Notes under the pieces: generated by a model
What the model was told of the DNA's origin: nothing
Seen by the model: only the letters and a program-made list of their open reading frames with translations
Databases searched by the model: none
Translations under genes and position numbers: made by a program
Source: Eledone cirrhosa
Taxonomy: Eukaryota
DNA: 64,000 nucleotides
Direction of reading: 5' to 3'
Assembly: GCA_964016885.1 (NCBI GenBank)
Contig: OZ024743.1
Span: forward strand, 295,802,001 to 295,866,000
Shown: piece by piece, positions 13,134 through 29,329 of the stretch
Layout: each line of letters starts with the position of its first letter
Numbering within the stretch: the first letter of the stretch is position 1

Positions 13134-15322
13134 CTAAGGCGGGTAAAATTCCCGAGATCCATGGACGAGTTCTCTCCAGTGGTCTCTGTCCCTCATTATC
13201 GCTGCCATGTCCTGCGTCTCCAACAGACCAGTGTCTGTCCTTAGGGCATCAACATACGTTAACCTTGGTCTTCCTCTTCTAGTGTGTCCATGTAGGGGCT
13301 CCCAAAGGAGCACTGAGTGCAATGTCAACTCTGGATGTCGGTGAGCATGTCCAGCTAACCTCAGTCTCCTCTGTGTCACTTTTGAGCTGACTTTTGGGAT
13401 GCTCCCATACAGCTCTGAGTTTTTCATCCTCAGTGTATACTAATTAATGTTCAGAGCTACCCTCAGCATTCTCGTGTAGCACCCATCCACCATCTGAGTG
13501 AGTTTCTTGGTCAGTGTCCAAGTATCAGACCCATACAGCAGCACAGACTCCAATACAGCAATGAAGAGGCGGATTTTCAGGTCTCTACGAAGGTCCGACT
13601 TCCACACCGATCTCAAGCTGTGGCACGCCGCCCAGGCTTTGCTCTTCCTCTCAACCACATCATATTCCGTATTCCCAATCTTTGCTCCCAAATACAGGAA
13701 GCCCTCAACCAATTCTAGCGGCTTCCCGCTTACATTAGTGATCCCCTCTGGCTTCTCAACATTCTCTACCAGATATTTTGTTTTAGTCTCATTCATTTTC
13801 AGCCCCACACTCATCGACACAGTCTCAACCCCCCGCATCAAATCCTCTGCCTCCTTCACTGTATTTGTCACCAAAACTATGTCGTCGGCAAATTCAGCAT
13901 CCGATACCTTTTTCGCCCTAACTCTCCTGCTCTGAGCCGGTGCTACAGTAAAGCCAGTTTTTCTCCAGTTCAAGGCGCATACAATAGTCCACTACGATGA
14001 TAAAAAGGTAGGGAGCCAATGTATCTCCCTGGAGCACTCTAGCCAGTATCTCAAAGAACTCTGTCATCCCATCAGGTGTAATGACATGGGCTTTGGTGTT
14101 GGTGTAGAGCAGTGATATCAGGTCCACTATTTTCTTAGGGATTCCATAAGCCTGTAAGATCTTCATCAGGCAGTAACGGTCCACAGAATCAAAGGCCTTC
14201 CTAAAGTCAATGAAAACCATGTCCGCAGGAAGGCACTTTGCTCTAGCTCCCTCTAATATCCTCCTCAGCATCAGGATGTGACTGGTGGTTGATCTACCCT
14301 CTCTGAAGCCGTTCTGGTTGTTCCTGAGCTTCTTCTCCATCTCAGGCTGGATCCTGTTAAGAATCATCCTGTTGCGAGTCTTTGCCACAAGTGACGTCAG
14401 TGAGATCCCCCTGTAGTTGTTGGTGTTAGAGAGATCTCCCTTCTTTGGCACAGGGACGATGTTACTGATCCTCCACTGATTCGGGGCAACTCCTTTCTCC
14501 AGTGCCCCGTTACAGAACCCCAGGATGATATCATCAAAATCACACCTCTTCATCGCCTCTGATGCCACTCCATCTTCTCCATGAGCCTTGCCCTCCTTGA
14601 TCCTCTTCTTGGCTCTCTGAAGCTCCTCTCTGGTGAAGGGCTCTGTCTCAACATCCAGTTCCTCAAACAGCTGCCTGATCTCCCCAGTATTCTGGGCTGT
14701 GGAGGGTGGCTCTCCTAGTAGGGTCCTAAAATGTTCTAGCCGTTTCCTCTTCCTATCCTCGGGCCCCGTTCCCTGGATTTCACTCGAACACCTTCTCTTC
14801 CTCCCTGTGATCTCGTTGATGATCATCCAGCTCTCCTTACATCCAGATCTGTCAACCGCTCTGATCTTCTCTATCAGTGCCTCCTCTCTGACCTCAGTGT
14901 AAGCGGTACAGAGCTCTTCCCTCATCACCTCCACAGTCTCCATCCTCTTCTCCGTAGGATCAGCATAGAATTGGTCCTTTGCATCTTTCAGGTGTTCTCT
15001 GGCTGCACACACTTTTGGGTTTGCAGAGCTGACGTGCTTCACTTTGTTCTTTTTCCTCGGCACCAGGGTTTCACTTGCTTCCGCCACTGCATTGGTGAAG
15101 TGCCCGTACCTCCTTGTCACACTCTCCTCAGTCCATCCAATCTCTCTCTCTCCTCTGACTCTCCACACAGAGTACTAAACCTGTTTCTCACTTCCACTGT
15201 TAACCTCTCCTGTAGCTGATCATCTTCCTTGAAAGCTCCCCAGTCATAGATTGCTCTCCGGGGCCGAGCCTTGCTCTTTCTTAAGCTCACCCGGACCTCA
15301 CTCATAACAAGCCGGTGGTCAC

Positions 15323-15324
<2 letters not shown>
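13134..15324 (-). mobile_element. 5'-truncated RTE-type LINE with RT pseudo-ORF (frameshifts, premature stop)
   Basis: ORFs 13918-15168, 13440-13973 and 13134-13427 give VPVPKKGD, NYRGISL, NQNGFREGRST, FIDFRKAFDSV, QGDTLAPYLF, FADD, VLLYGSDTW and RRLRLAGH..R. Both ends abut microsatellites. Confidence 0.93.
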
Positions 15325-15392
<68 letters not shown>

Positions 15393-15559
15393 GCTAATTA
15401 AAGACTTGTGAGGGTACTATTCCAATTAGTACTTCATAATTTAAAAAGAGTAGTGGGTAGATATTAAACAGCAAACGTAAACCTCAGGATCGAGCTTAAA
15501 CTGTTCAGATTGTTGAACCATTGGTCTGTCCAAATGACTTAAGTTTGACCGTAACGTTT

Positions 15560-15842
15560 GCATGGACCCTTAACCATTTTCGGGGTGTCGTTGGGAGACG
15601 GCAGTTTTGAACGCTGCTCAAACTACCTCCATATCTGGCGGTCATGGGCGAGTGCTTGGGTTGTGGCAAATTTCTGTCCCTTTCCGTCAACTATGTTTTC
15701 TGTCCACCACTTTCTCTGTAAACACTGCTTTCTCTTTCCCCTCACTGTTCTTTGGAAAATTGCCTTAGAGAGTTGGCCCGATCTTGTTACATGTCCATAC
15801 TATCTCAATATCCTCTTCTTCACAGTCGTCAGCCGACCATGC
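15560..15842 (-). mobile_element. 3' fragment of an RTE/BovB-type LINE
   Basis: The minus strand translates to about GHVTRSGQLSKAIFQRTVRGKRKQ...AHDRQIWR, an RTE C-terminal signature. Confidence 0.65.
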
Positions 15843-16455
15843 ATGTATTAAGACACACACACACACACACAGATACAAATATATATTTGTGTATGCGTGT
15901 GTGTGTGTGCGCGCGCGCGCGTATGTGTGTGTGTGTGTAAAGAGTAAAGCCACTCTTCGGTGATGAATGATTATGGGATTTTCACCAAAAAAGTTCTCCT
16001 CCGAGGCACAAGATCGAACAAGGTTCTTTGTGGAAGACCAGCAGGCGCCCATGCATATCTATATATGTATTTTTTGCTTATTTGTTGTTTTTTTGTGTGT
16101 GTGAGAGAGTGTGTCTATACAATGAATGTACGAAGCCGAATTTCGTCCTTTAAGCAGAGATAATATATTGGTTGGTCATGTTTGGAAGTACGATCATTTA
16201 AATATAATTTAATCGTTATGTGACTAATGTTTTTTTATTTAACACCTTAAATTGTTTTTGCTTCTATATGTATATATGCATTAAAGCCTGGTTAGTTTCT
16301 CAATTGATATATATCTATATTTCGTATAAAATGATTGTATAATATGAATGCTCTAAACAAAAGTTTGAGTTTTTACTGAGAAATATTATCTATACATATT
16401 TTATATGTATTGATTAAAACTAAAATTAAATGTAACACACACACACGCGCGCGCG

Positions 16456-16630
<175 letters not shown>

Positions 16631-16791
16631 GGGTATAATATCGTACGAGCGGAGGAAGCAGAGAGAGTAGAGAGGTGCGATACAGATTAATAAATGCCAA
16701 TAGCCAAAACGTGGTATGCTCAATGCTTAGGTTAGCAGAGTTAAACATTCGATGAAGTTGATATTTAGCGTATAGTTTAAGCAGAGCGGTA

Positions 16792-17869
<1,078 letters not shown>

Positions 17870-17971
17870 TATTCATATATACATGTATATTAATCACCTC
17901 ATTTACACAGACGAGAAAAGTATATATTCTCACCTGTCTTCTAGTCCAGCAGTCGCAAGCGGTGGGAGGGA

Positions 17972-18013
17972 CCGTCCTGACGAAGGCCAGTTAAGCCTGA
18001 AATGCATAGACAG
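17972..18013 (+). ncRNA. Minimal type-I hammerhead ribozyme
   Basis: CCGUC-CUGACGA-AGGC CAGUUAA GCCU-GAAA UGCA UA^GACAG, with palindromic stem III AUGCAU. Confidence 0.78.
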
Positions 18014-18123
18014 TTGTCCCCTTTGCTTCTGCTGGACATCACCAGAGGGAGATAGCCCCCCGGTGTTTGCATAGCAACGGCTTCCTAAAGCCGTATTTCT
18101 TTGGAGATACGAAATATTTATAC

Positions 18124-18168
<45 letters not shown>

Positions 18169-18218
18169 AAGTATGACCCCAATGGCAGAGCTCAAGCCGT
18201 TTCGACGGTTATTTCCGG

Positions 18219-19140
18219 ACTCCGGCCAAATTCCAACTCACTGAACAAACATTAGGAAATAAGTGATTATATTCCCAATTATGTGTTCGGGGTGCTAACT
18301 AAAAGTATTGCGTGGAAAATTGGCTGTATTATTTCATATGAGACATATCTAATATATCTCTTCCCAGACGGACGTCTCGTTTCATTATAGGATTCCTACA
18401 ATTTGGGTGAAATTATACCAATTTATGTAGGAGCTTGTATACCATCAATAGATATATATTCAAGTGGGCTCCTATAATTCATCAGTGGGTGCCCCAATAA
18501 TACTAATATTGATAATCTAACCAACATCAGCATTTAGCGATAATCACTTCCTTTGCCTGAGGTATCTGTCAGGTTGCCAGTCCAGCAGTTCTGAAAGAAG
18601 TGCTCGAACTGATTCAAAAAATGAGGAAGTGAATTACAGCCAAAAAAAACAATACATGCGCGTGACAATGAGCTCTGAAAGGAATTCAGGCCACGTGCTA
18701 AGAACTAAATTAGAAATTGAAAAAATATCTATGTGTGTACAAGATTTGATGACACACACAGATATTTTCTCGGGCAAAATAACAGAATGATATATAAGGA
18801 ACAATCAATATTCATATATAAAAAATAAACAAAGAAATGCTAACCTTATACCGGGAATTTTTTTCAAATCTGCTGCGCCAAGAGTAAGTAAATAAATACA
18901 ATATCGGAGAAAGCTTTTTAGCGATACTCCGGCCAAATTCCAACTCACTCAACAAACATTAGGAAATAAGTGATTATATTCCCAATTATGTGTTCGGGGT
19001 GGTAACTAAAAGTATTGCGTGGAAAATTGGCTGTATTATTTCAAATGAGACATATCTAATATATCTCTTCCCAGACGGACGTCTCGTTTCATTATAGGAT
19101 TCCTACAATTTGGGTGAAATTATACCAATTTCTGTAGGAT
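18219..19140 (-). mobile_element. ORF-less PLE-like or retrozyme-like element with a direct repeat (period 707 bp)
   Basis: 18219-18432 is repeated at 18926-19139. It carries the HHR at 18363-18489 and lies between (TA)n tracts. Confidence 0.75.
18363..18489 (-). ncRNA. Type-I hammerhead with a large branched stem II
   Basis: CCCA-CUGAUGA-AUUAUAGGA[77 nt]UCCUAUAAU-GAAACG AGACGUC CGUC^UGGG. Confidence 0.82.
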
Positions 19141-19149
19141 TTATATATA

Positions 19150-19373
<224 letters not shown>

Positions 19374-19664
19374 AAAACAAATAACGAAACGAAATTAAAT
19401 TTCGTTTCGTTTGTAACTCACTTTTGTATGACTGACGCTTAAACAATTAAGTTAAAAATGTACATCCACATATGTATACTGAAATACTAGTATGCATATG
19501 AATACACACACGTGTACATATGTAGATGTACCGAGTTTTTCACTGGACACTTTACTGTGAGTGTTCAGCTAGTCTGTATGTAAACACACAGACAAACCGG
19601 TTTTTAGAGTCATACTGGTTTTCGAGGAAAGACCTTTCCTCTATTCTCCAGAAAGCCAGACAGG

Positions 19665-19709
19665 AATATTGGACTAGTTTCGATGTTGTTACATCTCATC
19701 AGCAATATT
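19665..19709 (-). ncRNA. Type-I hammerhead ribozyme, array copy 1
   Basis: AAUAUUG-CUGAUGA-GAUGU AACA ACAUC-GAAAC UA GUC^CAAUAUU. Confidence 0.92.
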
Positions 19710-20129
19710 TACCTATCCTCCGGCCTTTCTAGAGAATCGTAAAAGCACATATCGTTATATGCTTTTTCTATGAAAATTAGTAGTGGGCAGACTAATTTGC
19801 ATAGAGCGTGAGTACGTACCGGTTCAGCGGAGACGATAAAAACAAATAACGAAACGAAATTAAATTTCGTTTCGTTTGTAACTCACTTTTGTATGACTGA
19901 CGCTTAAACAATTAAGTTAAAAATGTACATCCACATATGTATACTGAAATACTAGTATGCATATGAATACACACACGTGTACATATGTAGATGTACCGAG
20001 TTTTTCCCTGGACACTTTACTGTGAGTGTTCAGCTAGTCTGTATGTAAACACACAGACAAACCGGTTTTTAGAGTCATACTGGTTTTCGAGGAAAGACCT
20101 TTCCTCTATTCTCCAGAAAGCCAGACAGG

Positions 20130-20174
20130 AATATTGGACTAGTTTCGATGTTGTTACATCTCATCAGCAATATT
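20130..20174 (-). ncRNA. Type-I hammerhead ribozyme, array copy 2
   Basis: Identical to copy 1, offset by 465 bp. Confidence 0.92.
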
Positions 20175-20667
20175 TACCAATCCTCCGGCCTTTCTAGAGA
20201 ATCGTAAAAGCACATATCGTTATATGCTTTTTCTATGAAAATTAGTAGTGGGCAAACTAATTTGCATAGAGCGTGAGTACGTACCGGTTCAGCGGAGACG
20301 ATAAAAACAAACCGGTTTGTCTGTGTGTTTACATACAGACTAGCTGAACACTCACAGTAAAGTGTCCAGTGAAAAACTCGGTACATCTACATATGTACAC
20401 GTGTGTGTATTCATATGCATACTAGTATTTCAGTATACATATGTGGATGTACATGTTTAACTTAATTGTTTAAGCGTCATTCATACAAAAGTGAGTTACA
20501 AACGAAACGAAATTTAATTTCGTTTCGTTATTTGTTTTTATCGTCTCCGCTGAACCGGTACGTACTCACGCTCTATGCAAATTAGTCTGCCCACTACTAA
20601 TTTTCATAGAAAAAGCATATAAGGATATGTGCTTTTACGATTCTCTAGAAAGGCCGGAGGATAGGTA

Positions 20668-20712
20668 AATATTGCTGATGAGATGTAACAACATCGAAAC
20701 TAGTCCAATATT
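20668..20712 (+). ncRNA. Type-I hammerhead ribozyme, array copy 3
   Basis: aatattg-ctgatga-gatgt aaca acatc-gaaac ta gtc^caatatt; predicted cut after C20705. Confidence 0.92.
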
Positions 20713-21132
20713 CCTGTCTGGCTTTCTGGAGAATAGAGGAAAGGTCTTTCCTCGAAAACCAGTATGACTCTAAAAACCGGTTTGTCTGTGTGTTTACATA
20801 CAGACTAGCTGAACACTCACAGTAAAGTGTCCAGTGAAAAACTCGGTACATCTACATATGTACACGTGTGTGTATTCATATGCATACTAGTATTTCAGTA
20901 TACATATGTGGATGTACATTTTTAACTTAATTGTTTAAGCGTCATTCATACAAAAGTGAGTTACAAACGAAACGAAATTTAATTTCGTTTCGTTATTTGA
21001 TTTTATCGTCTCCGCTGAACCGGTACGTACTCACGCTCTATGCAAATTAGTCTGCCCACTACTAATTTTCATAGAAAAAGCATATAACGATATGTGCTTT
21101 TACGATTCTCTAGAAAGGCCGGAGGATAGGTA

Positions 21133-21177
21133 AATATTGCTGATGAGATGTAACAACATCGAAACTAGTCCAATATT
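21133..21177 (+). ncRNA. Type-I hammerhead ribozyme, array copy 4
   Basis: Identical to copy 3, offset by 465 bp; predicted cut after C21170. Confidence 0.92.
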
Positions 21178-21406
21178 CCTGTCTGGCTTTCTGGAGAATA
21201 GAGGAAAGGTGTTTCCTCGAAAACCAGTATGACTCTAAAAACCGGTTTGTCTGTGTGTTTACATATACACTAGCTGAACACTCACAGTAAAGTGTCCAGT
21301 GAAAAACTCGGTACATCTACATATGTACACGTGTGTGTATTCATATGCATACTAGTATTTCAGTATACATATGTGGATGTACATTTTTAACTTAATTGTT
21401 TATATT

Positions 21407-21608
<202 letters not shown>

Positions 21609-21819
21609 ACACGGGTGTGTATGAGTGTGTATAGAAGATTATATTAATAAAAGGAATTCCGACTTTCTTTGATTTACTCGTTTTATTTACAATCCTTTAA
21701 AATTTATAATGGTATTAGAATGAAATAGTATGTTTGAATATTAAATGTTAAGTGTTAATTGAACATATACAGTGAAAAGTGGCTCCAGAATGCTAAATCT
21801 TGCAAACTGTATTTCGACC

Positions 21820-23997
<2,178 letters not shown>

Positions 23998-24695
23998 TAA
24001 AAATAGCTTATAAAATAGATGGAAGACACGTTAAATCCTGAAAAAATTATTTTTATAGCATCTTAGCGCTTGAGTACATCATTCTTTATACTTATATATA
24101 TATATATATTTGTTTGTGTGCGTGCATGTGTGTGTGTGTTTCTCTGTATGTGTGTGTGTATGTGTGATATTAGTTAACTACTATCACACCATCGTTAAAA
24201 ATTCCTCTAATAATTATATGCTGCATTTATTCAAAATGAAGCCTGAAATCATAAAAATAGTTCTCACTAAAAGACTTTACGCTTATTAACATTTTGTTTT
24301 GAAATAATACCTGTAGTTCGTGCGCGCCACCCTGAGAAAATTAATTATCACAAGTGAATATATATACATAAACATCTCGGCAAATTAAAAACGCCTACCA
24401 CTTTCTTTAAAACAGTTTTAATCGTCTATTGAACAGTTTAATGACGCTTTTAAAAATTTGATTTATACAATTTATTGTATTTGTACGAAGATATTATTTT
24501 CAAACTTTGGAAGATTTACAGTATCACTATGGTAAAAGGTCTTTTTTCAAAAGATCCATAAATATATTCTTGCATTTGCGTGCTCACACACACAAACTGA
24601 TATATAAAATTATAAATATGCATATATGCGTGTGCCTCAAAGTATTTGAATGCACCACACGCCCACGCACAAACACAAACATATATATATATATG

Positions 24696-24735
<40 letters not shown>

Positions 24736-24788
24736 TACATGATGGCTTCCCCTTCGTTATCGAGTATGGCCATGGCACGAGAAAAAGA

Positions 24789-24827
<39 letters not shown>

Positions 24828-24853
24828 TGTAATAAACAACATAAGGCAATTAT

Positions 24854-24912
24854 TTCATTTACCAATGGTTTCTTGAAAGCAAACAAATTTTGCTTTAAAT
24901 CATCAGAATGAA
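24854..24912 (-). ncRNA. Type-I hammerhead ribozyme
   Basis: UUCAUU-CUGAUGA-UUUAAAGCAAA AUUUG UUUGCUUUCAA-GAAACC AUU GGUA^AAUGAA. Confidence 0.85.
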
Positions 24913-25103
24913 AAAAATCCTGGTGTTTTTATTGACATTGGATTTTAAAAACAAAAATATAATCTATATGAAAGTGAGACTGGAAAAGGAAGAAGGAAAG
25001 GAAAAATAAACACACATGCACACACACACACACACAATTACATACACACACATATATACATACACATATATACATACATACATATGCACATATATACATA
25101 TAT

Positions 25104-25682
25104 ATGGTGGCTACCAACTCGTTTTCGAGTATGGCCACTACTTCATATCCATGTAGGAGAACCCCTCCTGATGCGCTGAACGAGTATGACTTTTTAGTCC
25201 CTCCAGCGACTTGAAAACTCTGGTACAAACACTGCACTTGTGACAATTATTGACACATATTGCTGGGCCCATGGTACCATGTGACGACAAGTGCAGAGAG
25301 ATCTCCAGATATAAAGCAATGCCTGTGCCGTGAAGCTTTTATAGTGAGCAAAGGCACTGCACAAAGCCAGTCCCACTCTCTTAACCAAGATGATATTTAC
25401 CAAAAAGAAGAACAAGTCAACATCATTGGATAGTCATCAGGGTTGCAGGTGTTATATCAGAGTTTTCCTTCTCCTAGAATTCTGCCTTGACAAAGGCTAA
25501 GGGGTCATCTCTCCCAGTGATTTTGGATGGCTATTGACTCTTAAGAGCTCCTTTGCCCTTTGACAGGTTTTGTTTTTAGTCCTGCAGGATGTCCAAAGTA
25601 ACCCTCCTCACCAAGAAACCTAGTGGGGTTTCCAGTTTAGTCGCTAATGACCCGACCATGAGACAGGTTGTACTGGGATACA
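25104..25682 (-). mobile_element. Internal fragment of an RTE/BovB-type LINE (same family as 30430-31511)
   Basis: 25104-25512 is highly similar to 31104-31511. Confidence 0.8.
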
Positions 25683-26046
25683 TGTTATATATATATATAC
25701 ATACATACACATATACATACACGTACAAATACACATACATATACATATACATACATACACACATATATATCAACATATCCATACATACACATACAAATAC
25801 ACAAACACACACACACATGTATATATATATATATATACATCTAGTATTAAGGATACTATTTATGGTTATGTATATACTAAAACCTTTTATAGTTATATAT
25901 ATTTTAAACCCTAAACAGTGAAAGTCAGTAATTTCTTACTACCTTATTACCAGTAAGATAAATAGCTCAATGTAATAACATCAGTTGTTCTACAGAGCAG
26001 TTATATAGAATACACAGGAATCAAAGCTATGTTCAAAGCATTTATT

Positions 26047-26093
26047 CGCTTACAATTGTTTCATCCAAACCGAGGCTTGGTATCTTCGGAGCA
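26047..26093 (-). ncRNA. Hammerhead-like motif with CCGAAGA core
   Basis: UGCU-CCGAAGA-ua CCAAGCC uc GGUUUGG au-GAAAC AAUU GUA^AGCG. Confidence 0.6.
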
Positions 26094-26754
26094 TTTTTCA
26101 ATGTTTGTACACATACATGACCTCCTTTCCAACGCAAGAGACATACAGATATATATGTATATATTGATGTACAGTGGAGTGACATATATTATATTATTTC
26201 TGAATGGCAATTTAAGTTCAAAAACAAAATCACATTAAAACAGAATCAAAGCACAATAAAAATTAAAATACAACATCAATGCAAAATTAAAATACAATCG
26301 TCAGTTAACGTAGATAATGCAAGAGGATAGTTTGTTAGTCAGTTGTAGTAGTTATTGTATGCATTAGTTACACGTGGGGCATGCACGTGTGTCTTATTTA
26401 TATATGATTATTGTGCGGCAGGGTGTTAGATTTAATACAATCATATATAAATAAGACACACGTGCATGCCCCACGTGTAACTAATGCATACAATATCTAC
26501 TACAACTGACTAACAAACTATCCTCTTGCATTATCTACGTTAACTGCCGTTTGTATTTTAATTTTGCATTGATGTTATATTTTAATTTTTATTGTGCTTT
26601 GATTCTGTTTTAATGTGATTTTGTTTTTGAACTTAAATTGCCATTCAGAAATAATATAATATATGTCACTCCACTGTACATCAATATATACATATGTATT
26701 TGTATGTTTCTTGCGTTGGAAAGGAGGTCATGTATGTGTACAAACATTGAAAAA

Positions 26755-26801
26755 TGCTCCGAAGACACCAAGCCTCGGTTTGGATGAAACAATTGTAAGC
26801 A
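26755..26801 (+). ncRNA. Hammerhead-like motif with CCGAAGA core
   Basis: UGCU-CCGAAGA-ca CCAAGCC uc GGUUUGG au-GAAAC AAUU GUA^AGCA. Confidence 0.6.
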
Positions 26802-27218
26802 AATAAATGCTTTGAACATAGCTTTGATTCCTGTGTATTCTATATATATACATCTATATATACATACATACATACAATCATGCACATATACACACGTACA
26901 TACACACACATACATACACACATATATACACGCATACATACGCATACACAAATATAGATATATGTATACATACCTACATACGCACACACACAAATAATTA
27001 TAAGAAACAACATAATGATAAAAATACCGTCACATAAGAATAAAATAAATGTAAAAATTATTATAAAGTTGACAGCGATACAGGCAACAAATAAATGAAC
27101 AAACACACGTGGTAAGCAATACACACAATTGCACATACACACATAAAAATAAATACATACACACACACACACACATACAAATACATATACATATACACAT
27201 ACATACACATACACATAT

Positions 27219-27255
<37 letters not shown>

Positions 27256-27295
27256 ATACTGTTGGCTGTTTGCTACAATGTTTTCTATACCTTTC

Positions 27296-27340
<45 letters not shown>

Positions 27341-27592
27341 CATATACATACATACACACACATACATTCTTAGAAGTATTCATTGAACCTTATTTTCATT
27401 GATCATTTGCTCCAGGTACTTATTGAGTGCTCTAAATCAGCTATAAACATTTATACCCTTTTCTAATTATTTATTTATTTATTATTGTCGTATTCTCAAC
27501 TATTTGTTTACCCCTGTCACCTTTTTATTTTTATATATATATAATATTTATGTGTTTTCTTATATATGTGTGTGTGTGTATATGTATGTATG

Positions 27593-27727
<135 letters not shown>

Positions 27728-27834
27728 TTAAGAGTTATACAAGGTTCAATGAATACTTCTAAGAATGAGTTTTACACACATACATGTGTGTGTATGTATT
27801 TGTATGTATGTGTGTGTGTATATGTATGTATATG

Positions 27835-27896
<62 letters not shown>

Positions 27897-28391
27897 TAAA
27901 CTGCGATTCTGTTTTTTTCTCTTCTCTCTCTTACTGCTCCCTCATTCTCTCTGTTTCTCCTACTTTCTTTCGCCCCCTCTGTCATGTCAGTTAACTCTTC
28001 CTCACACTTCCACTCACTCACTCACTGTTTCTCCTCTCCTCACTTCACCCCGTTTGCGACGAAAGCAATTTCTCTCTTTCTCACATTGCATTCGTTCGCG
28101 AAAGGTCTTTTTTCTAAGCGCTCATATATTCACCTAGCTTATGCTAACAGAATAACTATGAAGCTTGTTTCCTTCCTTCTACGGTTAGCTCTACTCTTTG
28201 TTGTTTTCCTGTCTCACTCGCTTTACGCGTTTTAATTGTCCTAATAACTTAATTAGTTATTATTGCACCGACGTGAGGTATATGATTTTTAATATAATGA
28301 AATATCTATGATCATCGGCAAATCACTGATGAGGGACTTATTTTATTACATGTTATCCATGTGCTACCAGCAGTATTTTTCTCCCCATTTT

Positions 28392-28462
<71 letters not shown>

Positions 28463-28579
28463 ATATGTATGTGTATGTGTGTGTGTGTATGTATTTATTT
28501 TTATGTGTGTATGTATGTATGTGTGTGTATGTACGTGTGTATATGTGCATGATTGTGTGTATGTATGTATATATATATA

Positions 28580-28655
<76 letters not shown>

Positions 28656-28925
28656 TGTATTTGTATGTATGTGTATGTATGGATATGTTGATATATATGT
28701 GTGTATGTATGTATATGTATGTGTATTTCTACGTGTATGTATTTGTGTATGTATGTATATATGTATATATATATATGTGTGTGTGTATATGTATGTATGC
28801 ATATATATGTGTATGTAATTGTGTGTGTGTGTGTGTGCATGTGTGTTTATTTTTCCTTTCTTTCTTACTTTTCCAGCCTCACTTTTGTTTTTAAAATCCA
28901 ATGTCAATAAATACACCAGGATTTT

Positions 28926-28985
28926 TTCATTCTGATGATTGAAAGTAAAAATTTGTTTGCTTTCAAGAGACCACTGGTAAATGAA
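28926..28985 (+). ncRNA. Hammerhead, mirror copy of 24854-24912 with a GAAAC>GAGAC core mutation
   Basis: ttcatt-ctgatga-ttgaaagtaaa..tttgctttcaa-gagac cactg gta^aatgaa. Confidence 0.7.
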
Positions 28986-29078
28986 ATAATTGTCTTATGT
29001 TGTTTATTACATAACTATTAAGCTCTGTAACCTACATAGAGCACTCTTTTTTCCTGGACCTTTCCGACGGAATTACTT

Positions 29079-29150
<72 letters not shown>

Positions 29151-29203
29151 TAACAATAATAATAATAACAACAATAATAATAACGACAACAACAACAATA
29201 TTA

Positions 29204-29279
<76 letters not shown>

Positions 29280-29329
29280 GCACACACATAAACATGTATA
29301 TACACACACACACACACATACACGATAGC

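Larger units (their letters stand above)
25843..26845. mobile_element. ORF-less fold-back element built from PLE pseudo-LTRs of the 44005-47468 family
   Basis: Arms of about 26003-26410 and 26438-26845 are inverted. About 25843-26180 matches the reverse complement of about 47133-47468. Confidence 0.88.

Noticed and set aside
19526-21316. Repeated 68-aa ORF (MYRVFHWTLYCEC...) as a small protein gene family
   Set aside because: It is antisense to the ribozyme, has no recognisable motif, and recurs only because the 465-bp unit is repeated.
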